This document shows positions 1 to 10,362 of a stretch of DNA of 64,000 bases, one piece after another. The stretch is from the human T2T-CHM13v2.0 reference genome, Homo sapiens: NCBI RefSeq assembly GCF_009914755.1, contig NC_060931.1; one strand, written 5' to 3'. The notes under the pieces were generated by a model. That model was not told where the DNA came from, did no database searches, and saw only the letters and a program-made list of their open reading frames with translations. Each line of letters starts with the position of its first letter. The stretch's first letter is position 1. Made by a program: the position numbers and the translations under genes.

Positions 1-583
1 TCTAAGCACATTTCTCCATATCCCATTAAACCAATCTCCCAACTCTGGGAATAGGTCAGTCTAATCAAATGGTTGAGCCTCATTATCTTATGGAGAATAT
101 TAATCTTTTTTGTTCAAAGGTATAAATCAGATAACGTTTGTCCCAACTGATTCACAAAGAGGCAGCATTTTCATCAACCACACAAGATAGAATGACCAGT
201 GTTGTTCATGAACAAAAAGTGGAACCTGTAATTCCCAAGATCTAGTGTGTTCCACAACTTTTGTTATTGGTCATATTGATGTCTCCACACCTTCATTTTC
301 ACGTGCCTCTGTCAGTTTGTAGAAGCAGAAAATGTTGTGAAACATTTGACATAGGAGAACTGCAATCTGGCTTTGGCAGCTAAAAGGCTTGATTTTGTCA
401 CCTGACCAAGTTAATCCAGATTTTTGATCTATTTATATACAATTTCTGGTGCTAAGGAGCCTAATCAGGAGAGCAGCCGAGCTATCCCACCCAGGTTGTG
501 CAAGAGTGGCCTATGAACCAGCCAACACATTTGGTGATTTGGCAAAAGTTTGTGCTATAAAAGGTAGTTCTAGAATCACTTAT

Positions 584-1197
584 TGTCACCGGATAGAAAG
601 TCCTGACTGTGAGTTTTCCAGGTTCTTGGAGTGTTGAACAAAGAATTGAACAAAACGCACAAACAAAGCAACAAAAGAACGAAGCAACAAAAGCACAGAT
701 TTATTGAAGTGAAAGTAGCCTCCACAGAGTAGGAGCAAGCTTGAGCAAGTGGCTCAAGAGCCTGACTGCAATGTTCTTCAGGGTTTTAAATTAAACTAAA
801 AGAATTTGGTTAACACCCCTAGGTACCCTTTAGAGACCTCCAATTGGTTACACCCTACGCAAATGAAGGATTGACCTGTGACCAATCAGACACTGAAGTG
901 GAGGCTTGGTTTGAGACCAATCAGAGGCTGAAGTGGAGGCTTGGCCTGTGACCAATCAGAAGCTGAAGTGGAGGTTGGCCTGCAACCAATCAGAGGCTGA
1001 AGTGGAGGCTTGGGCCACAACCAGTCAGAGGCATTTCTCGTTCGTGAGGTAGGGGAGGAGGGTTTTGTAGAGGTCAGGAACTCTGGTCCCTTTTCACCTG
1101 GGCATGGAGAGGTGGGGTTTTCCTTTTGGTCCAATTCCAAGAAGTCAGCCAATTTGTCCTCAGGCTCCCTGTCTCCCAACCCTATTCTCCTGCCTCA
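584..1197 (-). mobile_element. MER51-like ERV1 solo LTR
   Basis: Minus strand begins TGAGGCAGGAGAATAGGG; TG...CA termini; 4-bp TSD TTAT (580-583 / 1198-1201). Confidence 0.82.
875..1031. repeat. ~35-bp tandem repeat, ~4.5 copies, each with a CCAAT box
   Basis: Units resemble ACCAATCAGAGGCTGAAGTGGAGGCTTGGCCTGTG. Confidence 0.9.
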
Positions 1198-1886
1198 TTA
1201 TGACCTCCATGATGGGTTTGAGGATGTGGTGTATGGAGTCAAACTACAGGGTTTGATTGCAATATTGTCTTGGATTGTTACTTGGGAAGAGATCAGTACC
1301 ATATTTGTTTTTAATTGGAAAAGTCTTTTTCTTCCAATGTCTTTATTTGAGCAAGGGACAATTCTTGAGCTTACATAGAGGTTTTTCCTTGCCCAGTGAA
1401 CTCACCAGAAGGAAAAGTAGAGTGACATTGTTTTTCTGACCATGGATACCATACTCTTTCATTCATTTATCTTCCATAGTTGGTCCACCTGGTACCCCAT
1501 GGACAGGAATAAAAACTAATTCAGGTTTGTTCATGCTATCAGATGTTGACATAAGCAATAATTATATTGTTTAGCTGACATGACCAAGGTTTGGGAAACT
1601 GGTGCAAGGGTGGTGTCAGGTTTGTGTTTAACCTATGAAGAAAAGAGTGAGGTTAATATGAAAGAGGCAGCATTTGAAAGAAAGCCCACAGTGGAGGATC
1701 AGAGAGAGAATAGGATAGATTGAGACAAGTAATCTCCAGTCAGCTTCTCAATAAATGGGAGGTTTTGTTGAAAAAGATCCCCCCTCTACTCCCCTCCCCA
1801 CACCAGGGAGGAAAGAAACTTAAAGGGGGAAAATAGATGAAAGCAAAGTTTTTTATCTGTGATCTTGAGGAAAGCTGTTTGCTTTG

Positions 1887-1939
1887 TGGTGTCATCTTGC
1901 TTCTAGAGCCTTGGCTCTGAAATCCTTACTATGAGGTCA
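1887..1939 (+). promoter_or_regulatory. CRE-like motifs in the SPAM1 proximal promoter
   Basis: TGGTGTCA (1887-1894) and TGAGGTCA (1932-1939), variants of TGACGTCA; CREM-tau type sites are typical of spermatid promoters. Confidence 0.5.
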
Positions 1940-1992
1940 CCTGTAGGGATGGTCTTCCAGTTGTCCTGAGAGTGATGACTGGCTCCACCTTG

Positions 1993-2070
1993 ATGTGGCT
2001 CACATAAATTCAGAAAGTATGATAGCAGTGTAGGTGGTTAGCAGCACCTCATAAGGTCCTTCCTAGCAAG
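1993..2070 (+). other. SPAM1: SPAM1 non-coding exon 1 (5' end approximate, ~1940-1993)
   Basis: ATGTGGCTCACATAAATTCAG...CCTAGCAAG followed by donor GTAACA at 2071. Joins exon 2 as ...CTAGCAAG|GGATGCTAATG, as in the recalled cDNA. Confidence 0.85.
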
Positions 2071-2368
2071 GTAACAGTACAAGCTTTTTCTAAAAATCTT
2101 GATGTATACCTGATCTCCTGGTTGAAAGAGTTGGCTTGATGGATTTTTTCCTATAAGTTCTTTTTATGTCTAGATTTTTATGTTCCACTTGACCTGATGA
2201 TTGAGGATGGTATGAAGTAAGAAGTTTTAATGAGTAATCCAGAGATTTTGTGAGTGAGTGGTTTATTTCTACTAAAAAATGAGTTCCTTGGTCTGATTCA
2301 ATCTATAAAGAAATGCCAAAATGAGGAATAACCTCAGTCGTTAATTTCTTTACCACTATCATGGTGTT

Positions 2369-2466
2369 GCATGAACCTGGCAGATGGCGGTTTTAGTGAG
2401 CCGAGATCATGCCACTACACTCCATCCTGGGTGACAGAGTGAGACTCTGTCACAAAAAAAAAAAAA
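2369..2466 (+). mobile_element. 5'-truncated Alu
   Basis: GTGAGCCGAGATCATGCCACTACACTCCATCCTGGGTGACAGAGTGAGACTCTGTC + A tail. Confidence 0.9.
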
Positions 2467-2710
2467 GGCATTACAATGGAGGGATTGGTTAATAAGACCT
2501 GTGTATAGGTGGTCTGCTACTGTGTTGCGAGGTGCTGTGTCTTATTAAGTCATAAGAGAATGGACACAGAATGGGAGAATGGGGAACGTGGAGGTAAAGG
2601 AGGGAACCTAATGTAAGAATACTGAATTTGCCAATTAAGGCACCAGCTGTGACTACTTCATACAGGAATGGGGACATGCCTGATGCCATAGGGTCTAATT
2701 GACTTGAGAA

Positions 2711-3165
2711 TGTGAAAGGAAAATAAAAACTCAGAACCCCAATTCATCATGCCAAAAGGAAAAAAAAATTAAGCTGAAATGTGAGTTGTGCAAGAAACTG
2801 CCTTTTCTCTTGTTCCTAAGCAGATAGCTAGAGATAAAATGTTAACTCCACAGGTAGTTACTCTGTGTTCACCTTATCTTATGTAAAGTGCAGATTTACT
2901 GAGCACTGGATGAATACATAATTGACTATTCCCCTACCTACTTCTTTTCCCTTGCAACATGTGGATTATCATACCCTCCTTCTTTCCCCGCCGGCCTGCT
3001 TTTCCCCTTTAAATACCGAGGCCCTCAAATTCATTTTTAGAAAAAGGCACGGACCACAGACTGTTTCTGTGACTCCATGTTTATTTGTTCTGGGCTTATC
3101 CTTAACTTTGGCAAAATAAACTTCTAAATTGATTGAGACCTGTCTCTGATACTTTTTGGTTTACC
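2711..3165 (+). mobile_element. MER4C-like solo LTR
   Basis: TGTGAAAGGAAAATAAAAACTC...TTGGTTTAC; TSD AGAA on both sides. Confidence 0.8.
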
Positions 3166-3188
3166 AGAAATATAGTATAGGACATACC

Positions 3189-3944
3189 TGTTGATGAAAA
3201 GAGTCAAACTCTGTAAAATATTTGAAGAGAATTATTCTGAGCCAAATATGAGTGATTATGGCCCCGTGACACAGCCCTTAGGAGGTCCTGAGAACATGTG
3301 TCCAAGGTGGTCGGGGTACAGTTTGGTTTTATGTGTTTTAGGAAGGCATGAGACATTAGTCAAATACGTTTAAGAAATACATTGGTTTGGTTTAGAAAGG
3401 CGGGACAACTCAGAGTGGGGGCTTCTAGCTTATAGATAAGTTTAAAGATTTTCTGGCTGACAATTGGTTGAGGTTGTCTGAAGACCTGGGATCGATAGAA
3501 AGGAATGTTCAGGTTAAAGATAAAGGATTATGGAGACCAAGTTTTATTGTGCAGAGGAAGCTCTTAGATAGGAGATTTTAGAGAGACCAGGTTGTAAATA
3601 GTTTTTTTATAGGACTTAAAAGTGTGCCTGGCTCTTAGTTGATTATCTTCTGGATCTGGGAAGGAAGGAAAGAAAACAAAGGGGAAGGGGATTCTCTATA
3701 GGATGTGGATTCTTCCCATGAGACACTGCAGGGCAATTTTAAGGTATGGCAAGGAAATAGATCTTGGGGTTAAATATTTTTTTCCTTGTCTCATAATATT
3801 ATGCCAGTCAGATTGAAAAGTAAGCCACAATATGTAGGGTCCAATAAAACCCATCTGATGAGAATTTATTGTTTGTAGGGCATGACTCCCTAGACCTCTT
3901 AGGTAGGAATTTGGGTAAGATAAAAAATCAGAGCTTAGTCCTCA
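3189..3944 (-). mobile_element. MER4D/E-like solo LTR
   Basis: Minus strand starts TGAGGACTAAGCTCTGATTTTTTATC, ends GACTCTTTTCATCAACA; flanks TACC/TATC. Confidence 0.8.
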
Positions 3945-6900
3945 TATCCAAGAGGCAAGAGGTTGTTTTGAATACCCAAAACAATCCTATTCTTTTCATG
4001 GCAATATAGGTGAAAAGGTTTGCCAAAGTTGGGTAAGCCAAGAGCTGGCTATGTGAGAAGTGCTCATTTTAAGGCTTTGCAGGAGTTCAATGGCTCCAAG
4101 AGCTAGGAAATGAACTCTGAAGTAGCATCGGAAGGAGGGCATCTATAGCGATTTAGCATGGGCAGCAAAAGTAGGAACTCATTGATGACAATAGCTAGCT
4201 GTCCCTAGGAATTTATGCAGCTGCTTTTTGGTTTTGGGAGAAAGATGGGCAAGGCTGATTCAAAGCATTTTGTGCTGTTTTTAGTGCCCTGAGATATCTC
4301 ATGTTCTTAGCAGGTAACAGTCGTTTGCATCCACTGATGTTTAGATATGAAGGATTTAAGGCCTCATTCAGCTAGTTCTTTTAGGAGAACGAGGGAGTCT
4401 ATAAGAGCACCCTGTTTAGTTTGGTTATAAAGAAAGAGGTTATTAATGTATTGAACAAGAGTGAAGCCTTGAGTAAAAGCTACAGGGTCGAAATTGGTTT
4501 TACAGACTTAGAAAAATATTGAAGGGAACGCATAATATCTATGAGGTATGCATCTATGTTGATTGTCTTCCTCTAAACATAAATGCAAAGATAAATTTTG
4601 AGTCCCAGAGTAATGGAATTAAAAAGAAAGCTGACCAGAGGTTAATTACTATAAACCAGACTGCATCAGCAGGAATTGAGGTCAGAATAGTGGCTGGATT
4701 AGGAATTATGGGGTGACGGCGCATTGTAAGAGTTCATGGCTCTTAGACCTTGTACAGATCTATGGATTTGATTCCCATCTAAATCAAATTTTACTTTTAT
4801 TATTGGCAAGATTAGGGTATTGCAGGGTAAGAAGGTATAAAAAAACCCTGCTATAAAATAGTTTATTGTAGGTTCAATTCCTTATTTTTCATCTTGAGAG
4901 TACTGCGCTACTTACAGGAAAGGCTAATTACTTTTCCAGGTAACGCCCATTGACTGTGCACTCAGTAGCTATCCAATCTCATTTATATGTGAGGCCCAGA
5001 TACTAATTGGGATGTCTTTTAAGACTGCATCCTCTTCAGAAGATTTTAGATTGATATGGGTTTCCATTAGGGAAGGTAGGAAGCTTGAGGTTTGGTCTGA
5101 AGGTAGGAAAATAAAAAACATCTTTATAATTATACTCTATGGTGGCATTAAATTTACATAACAAACCTCTGCCTAAAAGGTTTGCCAGTAAGAAGTCAGA
5201 AACTAGAAAGGCATGATGGATGTTAAGAGGGCCCACAAATATTGGGGTGGCCTAAGATGTAGGCGACGAAACAGGCTTCCCTGGAATTCCAACAGCTGAA
5301 TAGAATTAGAGATGATAGAGATGAATACTTTGAGCCAGAAGTAGAGAAAGTCACATCAGTGTCAACTGAAAAATCCAGTTCTTGATCTTCTATTTTAAGG
5401 ATGGAGGATATACTTCCTCTCTCACAAAGAGGAAAATGGGTCCTCTGAGGAAGTTGGGGTCTGGAGAGATTGTTTAAGCTTTCCTTTCTTTCAAGTGCAG
5501 GACAATTGTTTTTTTCAATGTCTAGGTTTGTATATAGTGACTGCAAACATCTTGAAATGAATAGGGGAGGCTTTGTGGTTGGTAAGAGAAATGGGTGGGA
5601 TTTGAATTAACCCTAGAGTCATAGGTGTGTTTTTATAAAGACTAAATTTGCAAAGCAAGGACAATTGATGTTAATTTTTCCCCCTCCTGTTTTCCTGCGA
5701 GCCTTTTTTCAAAGAATTGGGTAGAAGCTTCAATCATAATGTTGAAGAGACTGTCCTGCCCAGACAAAAAAGCTACTTTGGATTTGCTTCCGTATTCTAG
5801 ACAGGATTTCCAATAAAGGTGGAAATAATAAGATTTTTATATTCTGGGGCTTTGAGGTTAATGCAGCATGCCTTTGGAAAGTCTGTATACAGCATTCCAC
5901 AAAAACCTTGGCATCCCCTTCTTTCTGAGTGTACTTTTCAACCTTAGACCAATTCACCTTGGTAGGAAAGGTCTCTACTATCACTTTTATGAGGCCCTAA
6001 ATATCAGCTGCCAGCTGAGTCATTTCCTGGTCATTTGCAGGAAGGCCTGGGAGAAGTTCTGGCTACCTGTTTTCTTTATGTGTGTTTGTTACCTGGGAGA
6101 GGTAGTTGTTCCTAGGGGGTTGTCTGGCTTGTCTGGTAACTACAGTATCACCCTGGGTAGGAAGAGCCAATCAAAATCACTATGAGGGGAGTTGTATATT
6201 GTCACTAACTTTTCTAACTTCTCTCTAAGTTTAATAGGATCTTCTGAAAGGTGTGTGTTTTGGGGGTGGGGTGGGGTGTAAAAGGGCTTTTTTATTTTAA
6301 AAGATCTGCTGCTGTCCAGAGGACATGAATTCTTTGTTGTGGGTATTAAGGATACATCCACAAAAGGAATTTCATGGGAAGACTTGCAGCTGATGGGGTC
6401 TGATTATATCGACCAAGAAAGTAGATGGAATTATAAGGGACATTGAAATGAGCCCTGCTGTGTATCCCTGGGGCCTCTGACAAAGTTATTTTCTGACTAT
6501 CAGCATTTACATAAGTAACTTGTATTCCTTGGCCTGGAGATTAGGCCAGAGTGCTTTCTGCCATTCTTGCAGGGAAAAAGAATTTAAAGAAGGAAGCTGG
6601 GTGTTTAGGGATTTTTTTTTTTTTTTTTTTTGAGGAGTCAGAGGAGCTTCAGGGATTAAAGGAATTTGCTTAGGAGGCTGGGCTGGATTTCAGGGAGAGA
6701 AACGTAAGTCAGGGTCTGGAGATTCAAAATATCTTCTGGAAGGTCAGGGATAGTTTGGAATTGAGAGTAAAGGGGAAAGGGACATGTACAGTAGATGTGG
6801 ATTTTTAACTTTTGTTATAAGTCTGATTTCTATTCTTAATCTTGAGGGAATCCCTAAGCCTAGCCAAAATGCTCTTTTTTTGTCCTACTTCCAATTTCAT

Positions 6901-7832
6901 CTCCCCATAGGTACCAAAAAGCCATTTGTTCAGGATGAGAGTTCTCTAAAAATCTTTTCAAATATAAAAGTTTTTCCAAATCCATGGATTCATCATTTGG
7001 CCATTGTAAGTAGGATCTCCAAGCATATATCCATTCTAACAGTAACTCAATCCAATAAATCTTTTCATGAAAAAACCTGGAGGTAACTTTCCAGGCTTAG
7101 AATACATTTTTATCATGAGTTCAAGAGGTATCGCCAAAGAGGTGCAGAAGATGCAGCTCCCATGATCCAAAAAGCCACTCCCAAAAATATCCTAAGAAAG
7201 CAAAGACTCTCATTGTCACACATGAAAAGACTCTCATTTCACAAACATTGTAAGAATAATGATTGTGAAAATTAATGTCTCTGGTGTCATACACAAGTGA
7301 GATGCACCCAATTACAGACTCTCTAATCTGTGATATTGGACAGGTGAAACTGGATGGGACTTCCCAGCACTGGCAAAGCAACAAGGGTAGAGAAAACAAA
7401 GACTCCTTATAGACTGGGACCTTGAGAGCAAATGAGACATAGGATTTACTGGGGGAACTTACATACAAGGATGGTCTGGTCGTGGAGAACTGGACGGGAG
7501 AACTGCTCCCATTTGTAAAAAGCATGCAGATTAGATAACATTTTTACTTAGCACCCACCACCTAGCAAGCTCCATCTAACCCAAAACAAAGGGACTCGAT
7601 CCCCTGTATGGCCTATATTCTAAGGGATGGGTCAGGGGTTCAGATGTCCTTCGTAGCTAAGGAGTGAAACTCTGGGTTGGCCACTCCTGGATTCTTACAC
7701 CACAGGGTCATTGTCAGGGTGTTCTTAAGTCACTACTCTCAACTGCGTCTGCCATACTGACCCCTCATTAAAACAAACTCCCTGAAAGCTGGCAAGGTTG
7801 GACAATGAGGATGCTGCTTGCACACTTCATGT

Positions 7833-8438
7833 TGTTGGGGCCTAGAAAGTAATACCCCATAATGAAGGCCTCAGAAGCAAAAGTTTTTATCTGACCTTCT
7901 TCTGCCCTCCTGCCTCTCAGTCCCATTTGCCTCCAAGGCTAGCCATAAAAACTAGAATTTCTTTTCCCCTGGGCAGGTCATAGATACCAGAACCCCTTTT
8001 TTCCAAAAGTCAGCCATAAAACCTAAAAATATTACTCTAACTTTCCCTCTGCCTTTCTATATAAAAACAGGCCATAAAGAAATTATGTGACCTACCTTGT
8101 TTGACTGTAGGTCGTAAGACCCCCATTCCAGAGAGGTTCCTGTCCCATACCTAGAAGGAAGGAATGCATGCACAGAGAGGCCAAGAAGAATTTAGACAGG
8201 TAGGCCTGACTGGATTTCTTTCCCTCAGGCTATTAGCATTAGATCCTACCCTTTTTGTCCAGTCATATTTCCATATGGCTCTTCATACTTTGCTGAACTG
8301 AAGCGTAAAAATAGACAATTTCCCCTCTGTCTTTGGGACTTCATTCTGAAGGCTCCTGTATATACACATTGAATAGACTTGCATGCCTTTTTTTCCAATT
8401 AGTCTGCTTTTTTCCAATTGATTTTTCAGCATACCCTC
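7833..8438 (+). mobile_element. MER39-like LTR
   Basis: TGTTGGGGCCTAGAAAGTAATACCCCATAATGAAGGCCTCAGAAGCAAAAG resembles the MER39 5' end. Confidence 0.72.
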
Positions 8439-8848
8439 CAATGTCTAGTGTTCCTAGCCTTATGGTAGCCACTTGATGCATCCCTGACAACCTGTACCCC
8501 TCAGCTGACAGAAATCAAAGAACATATCCTCACTGGTTACAAGCCGAGATCTCAGAACATAAAAAGCGATGAAAGGAGAATCTCATCTTTTTTAAAAAAT
8601 TGATGACCCACAGCAAAGTTTGTCCAAACTCCAGCCCAATGAGGACAGTAAACCCATCAGTCTATAAAGCCAGTTTTAACAACATGCCTATAGGACATAT
8701 GCCTGTGTGCTACCCTGTGATTCCCTTCCATATGAAAAATGACACAAAAGACAGAGACATAGGAAAACAATGACCATCTCTGGGAGAGAAAGGACGAATT
8801 AAAACCAAGAGTACTTCAAATAAAAATCACAAGGAGTCCAGGTTGAAA

Positions 8849-9388
8849 ATGGCAGTGGCAGCTGCATTCTGGGTTCCTCGGCTGTGGGGTCAGTCCAATC
8901 CCAAATTGGAGCAGCCACGTCAAGTGGTATCTATGGCTAGGAGGGCTCAGCTAGTATGTGGAAGACCCTCACCTATTTTGTTGTGCTTCCTCGGGTGGGA
9001 GTGAGCATGATAATTGTTTTCTTGAAGTTGCATCGTGGAGAGCACAGGAGACCTGAGTTGATTCCTTACCCCCATCTCTGCATTAGATCCAAATCTTTTC
9101 CTTGAGGAGATGGTAACCATACTGTATTTCATAACCTTCATGTGAATCTGTTTCTAACTGCCTATGAAGATGAATAAAGAGAACGTGAACCATTACAAAT
9201 CTACTGGGAACCACAGAGCTGGTTGAACCATTACTCTGCACATGGACCAGAAAAAGTGTACAAGACCCTAATCTCACCTTCTTTACTTGTATAAAATGAT
9301 GAACAGTAAACTGATTTGCCATCTCTTTGCTTGTGGCAAAATGTAGCTTAAAGAAATTAAACTCTGATTGGTCATATGCAAAAAATAA
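8849..9388 (+). pseudogene. COX6A1 processed pseudogene (CDS 8849-9177, 3' UTR, decayed A tail)
   Basis: MAVAAAFWVPRLWGQSNPKLEQP/fs/[83 protein letters not shown]; intronless; ATTAAA ~9356 then an A-rich run. Confidence 0.92.
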
Positions 9389-9618
9389 TGAGTATCTATA
9401 CCCAAAGAACTCGTTCACACAAATGGTTTCTCCTGCTAATCTGAATTTGAAAAGGGAAAGACAAGGATAGTCTCTTGCCATTTTCATTTGACCAGATGCT
9501 ACAGGCAGAGATTAGGAGGTTGATGTGGTAAAAATGTTTACCTTTGGCTAACTTTGCTGGGTGCTCCCAAGATCTCAATGGTAACCTCTGGAGTGCGCAG
9601 GGTGTCCCAGCCAATGAT

Positions 9619-9636
9619 ATCCCAATCTCATTGCCA
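9619..9636 (-). other. Primer-binding site, tRNA-Ser(GCU)-like
   Basis: TGGCAATGAGATTGGGAT 4 nt after the LTR end; 14/18 to TGGCGACGAGGATGGGAT, with two mismatches explained by CpG decay. Confidence 0.6.
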
Positions 9637-9750
9637 GAACTGTAGGGAAAGAAAAGTAACCTTCCTCTACTTCCTGAAGTTCTGTGGCTGAGGCTCATGA
9701 ATTGAAGTGACAAAAACATAGATTAACAGGAGAATAGCAAACAATTTTTA

Positions 9751-10060
9751 AAATATTATTTATTTTATTTTTTTTTTTTTAAATTTACTTTAAGTTCCAG
9801 GATACATGTGCAGAATGTGTAGGTTTGTTACATAGGTATACATGTGCCATGGCGGTTTGCTTCACCTATCAACCTGTTATCTAGGTTTTAAGCCTCGCGT
9901 GCATTAGGTATTTGTCCTATTGCTCTCCCCCTCCTTGCCCCCGACCCCCGACAGGCCCTGGTGTGTGATGTTCCCCTCCCTGTGACCATGTGTTCTCATT
10001 GTTCAACTCCCACTTATAAGCGAGAACATGGGGTGTTTTGTTTTCTGTTCCTGTGTTATT
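9751..10060 (-). mobile_element. L1PA 3' end
   Basis: T-rich tail + L1 3' UTR; TSD GAGA(A/C)TAGCAAACAATTTTT at 9730-9749 and 10061-10080. Confidence 0.92.
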
Positions 10061-10362
10061 GAGACTAGCAAACAATTTTTATTTATTATTTTTACATGCA
10101 CATTGAAGCCTTCATAGACAAAAATGAAAACCCAAAGAAACAATTAGGATAGCAAGCTTACATACTTTTAAAACAAAAATGTTAAATTGTGGAGAAGTGA
10201 CAAAATGGGAAAGGGGTTTAACCTTCTAGGAGTAGTAATTTGTGGAAAATGACTAGGAAATGTATTGGGGAACTAATGGAAGATAAGAATTATTTAATAG
10301 GATTGTTTGTACAGATCCATTTGAGCACTGACTCCCAGTCTTCATAAGAATGTTCTCTTCTT

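Larger units (their letters stand above)
1..1689 (-). pseudogene. Decayed env homologous to HEMO/ERVMER34-1 (interrupted by an LTR at 584-1197)
   Basis: Hand translation gives (V)GFLSN..LAPVSQTL..YCLCQHL..KPELVFIPV, MNERVWYP, PRQYCNQTL*FDS, SGLTWSG..SCQSQ..FHNIFCFYKLTEA, CCLFVN..GDWF, collinear with recalled HEMO. Contains stops and frameshifts. Confidence 0.85.
1..9640 (-). mobile_element. MER34-type ERV1 provirus internal region (leader-gag-pro-pol-env, all disrupted); continues left of the window
   Basis: Minus-strand motifs in proviral order: gag QWPNDESMD (~7000) and VNWSKVEKYTQKEGD (~5950); protease FSVDTDVT / NLLGRGLL (5150-5380); RT LVQYINNL (~4450); integrase *EGPYEVLLTT (2030-2065); env from 1689. 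Confidence 0.88.

Noticed and set aside
875-1031. Repeat array as CRISPR-like
   Set aside because: Eukaryotic LTR tandem repeat with no unique spacers and no cas genes.
5036-5984. gag/protease-like ORFs as functional viral genes
   Set aside because: Fragmented by stops and frameshifts; catalytic DTGA reads DTDV and RT YVDD reads YINN.
8947-9719. Three overlapping minus-strand ORFs (64-134 aa)
   Set aside because: Antisense of the COX6A1 pseudogene and ERV leader/LTR; no protein similarity recognised.
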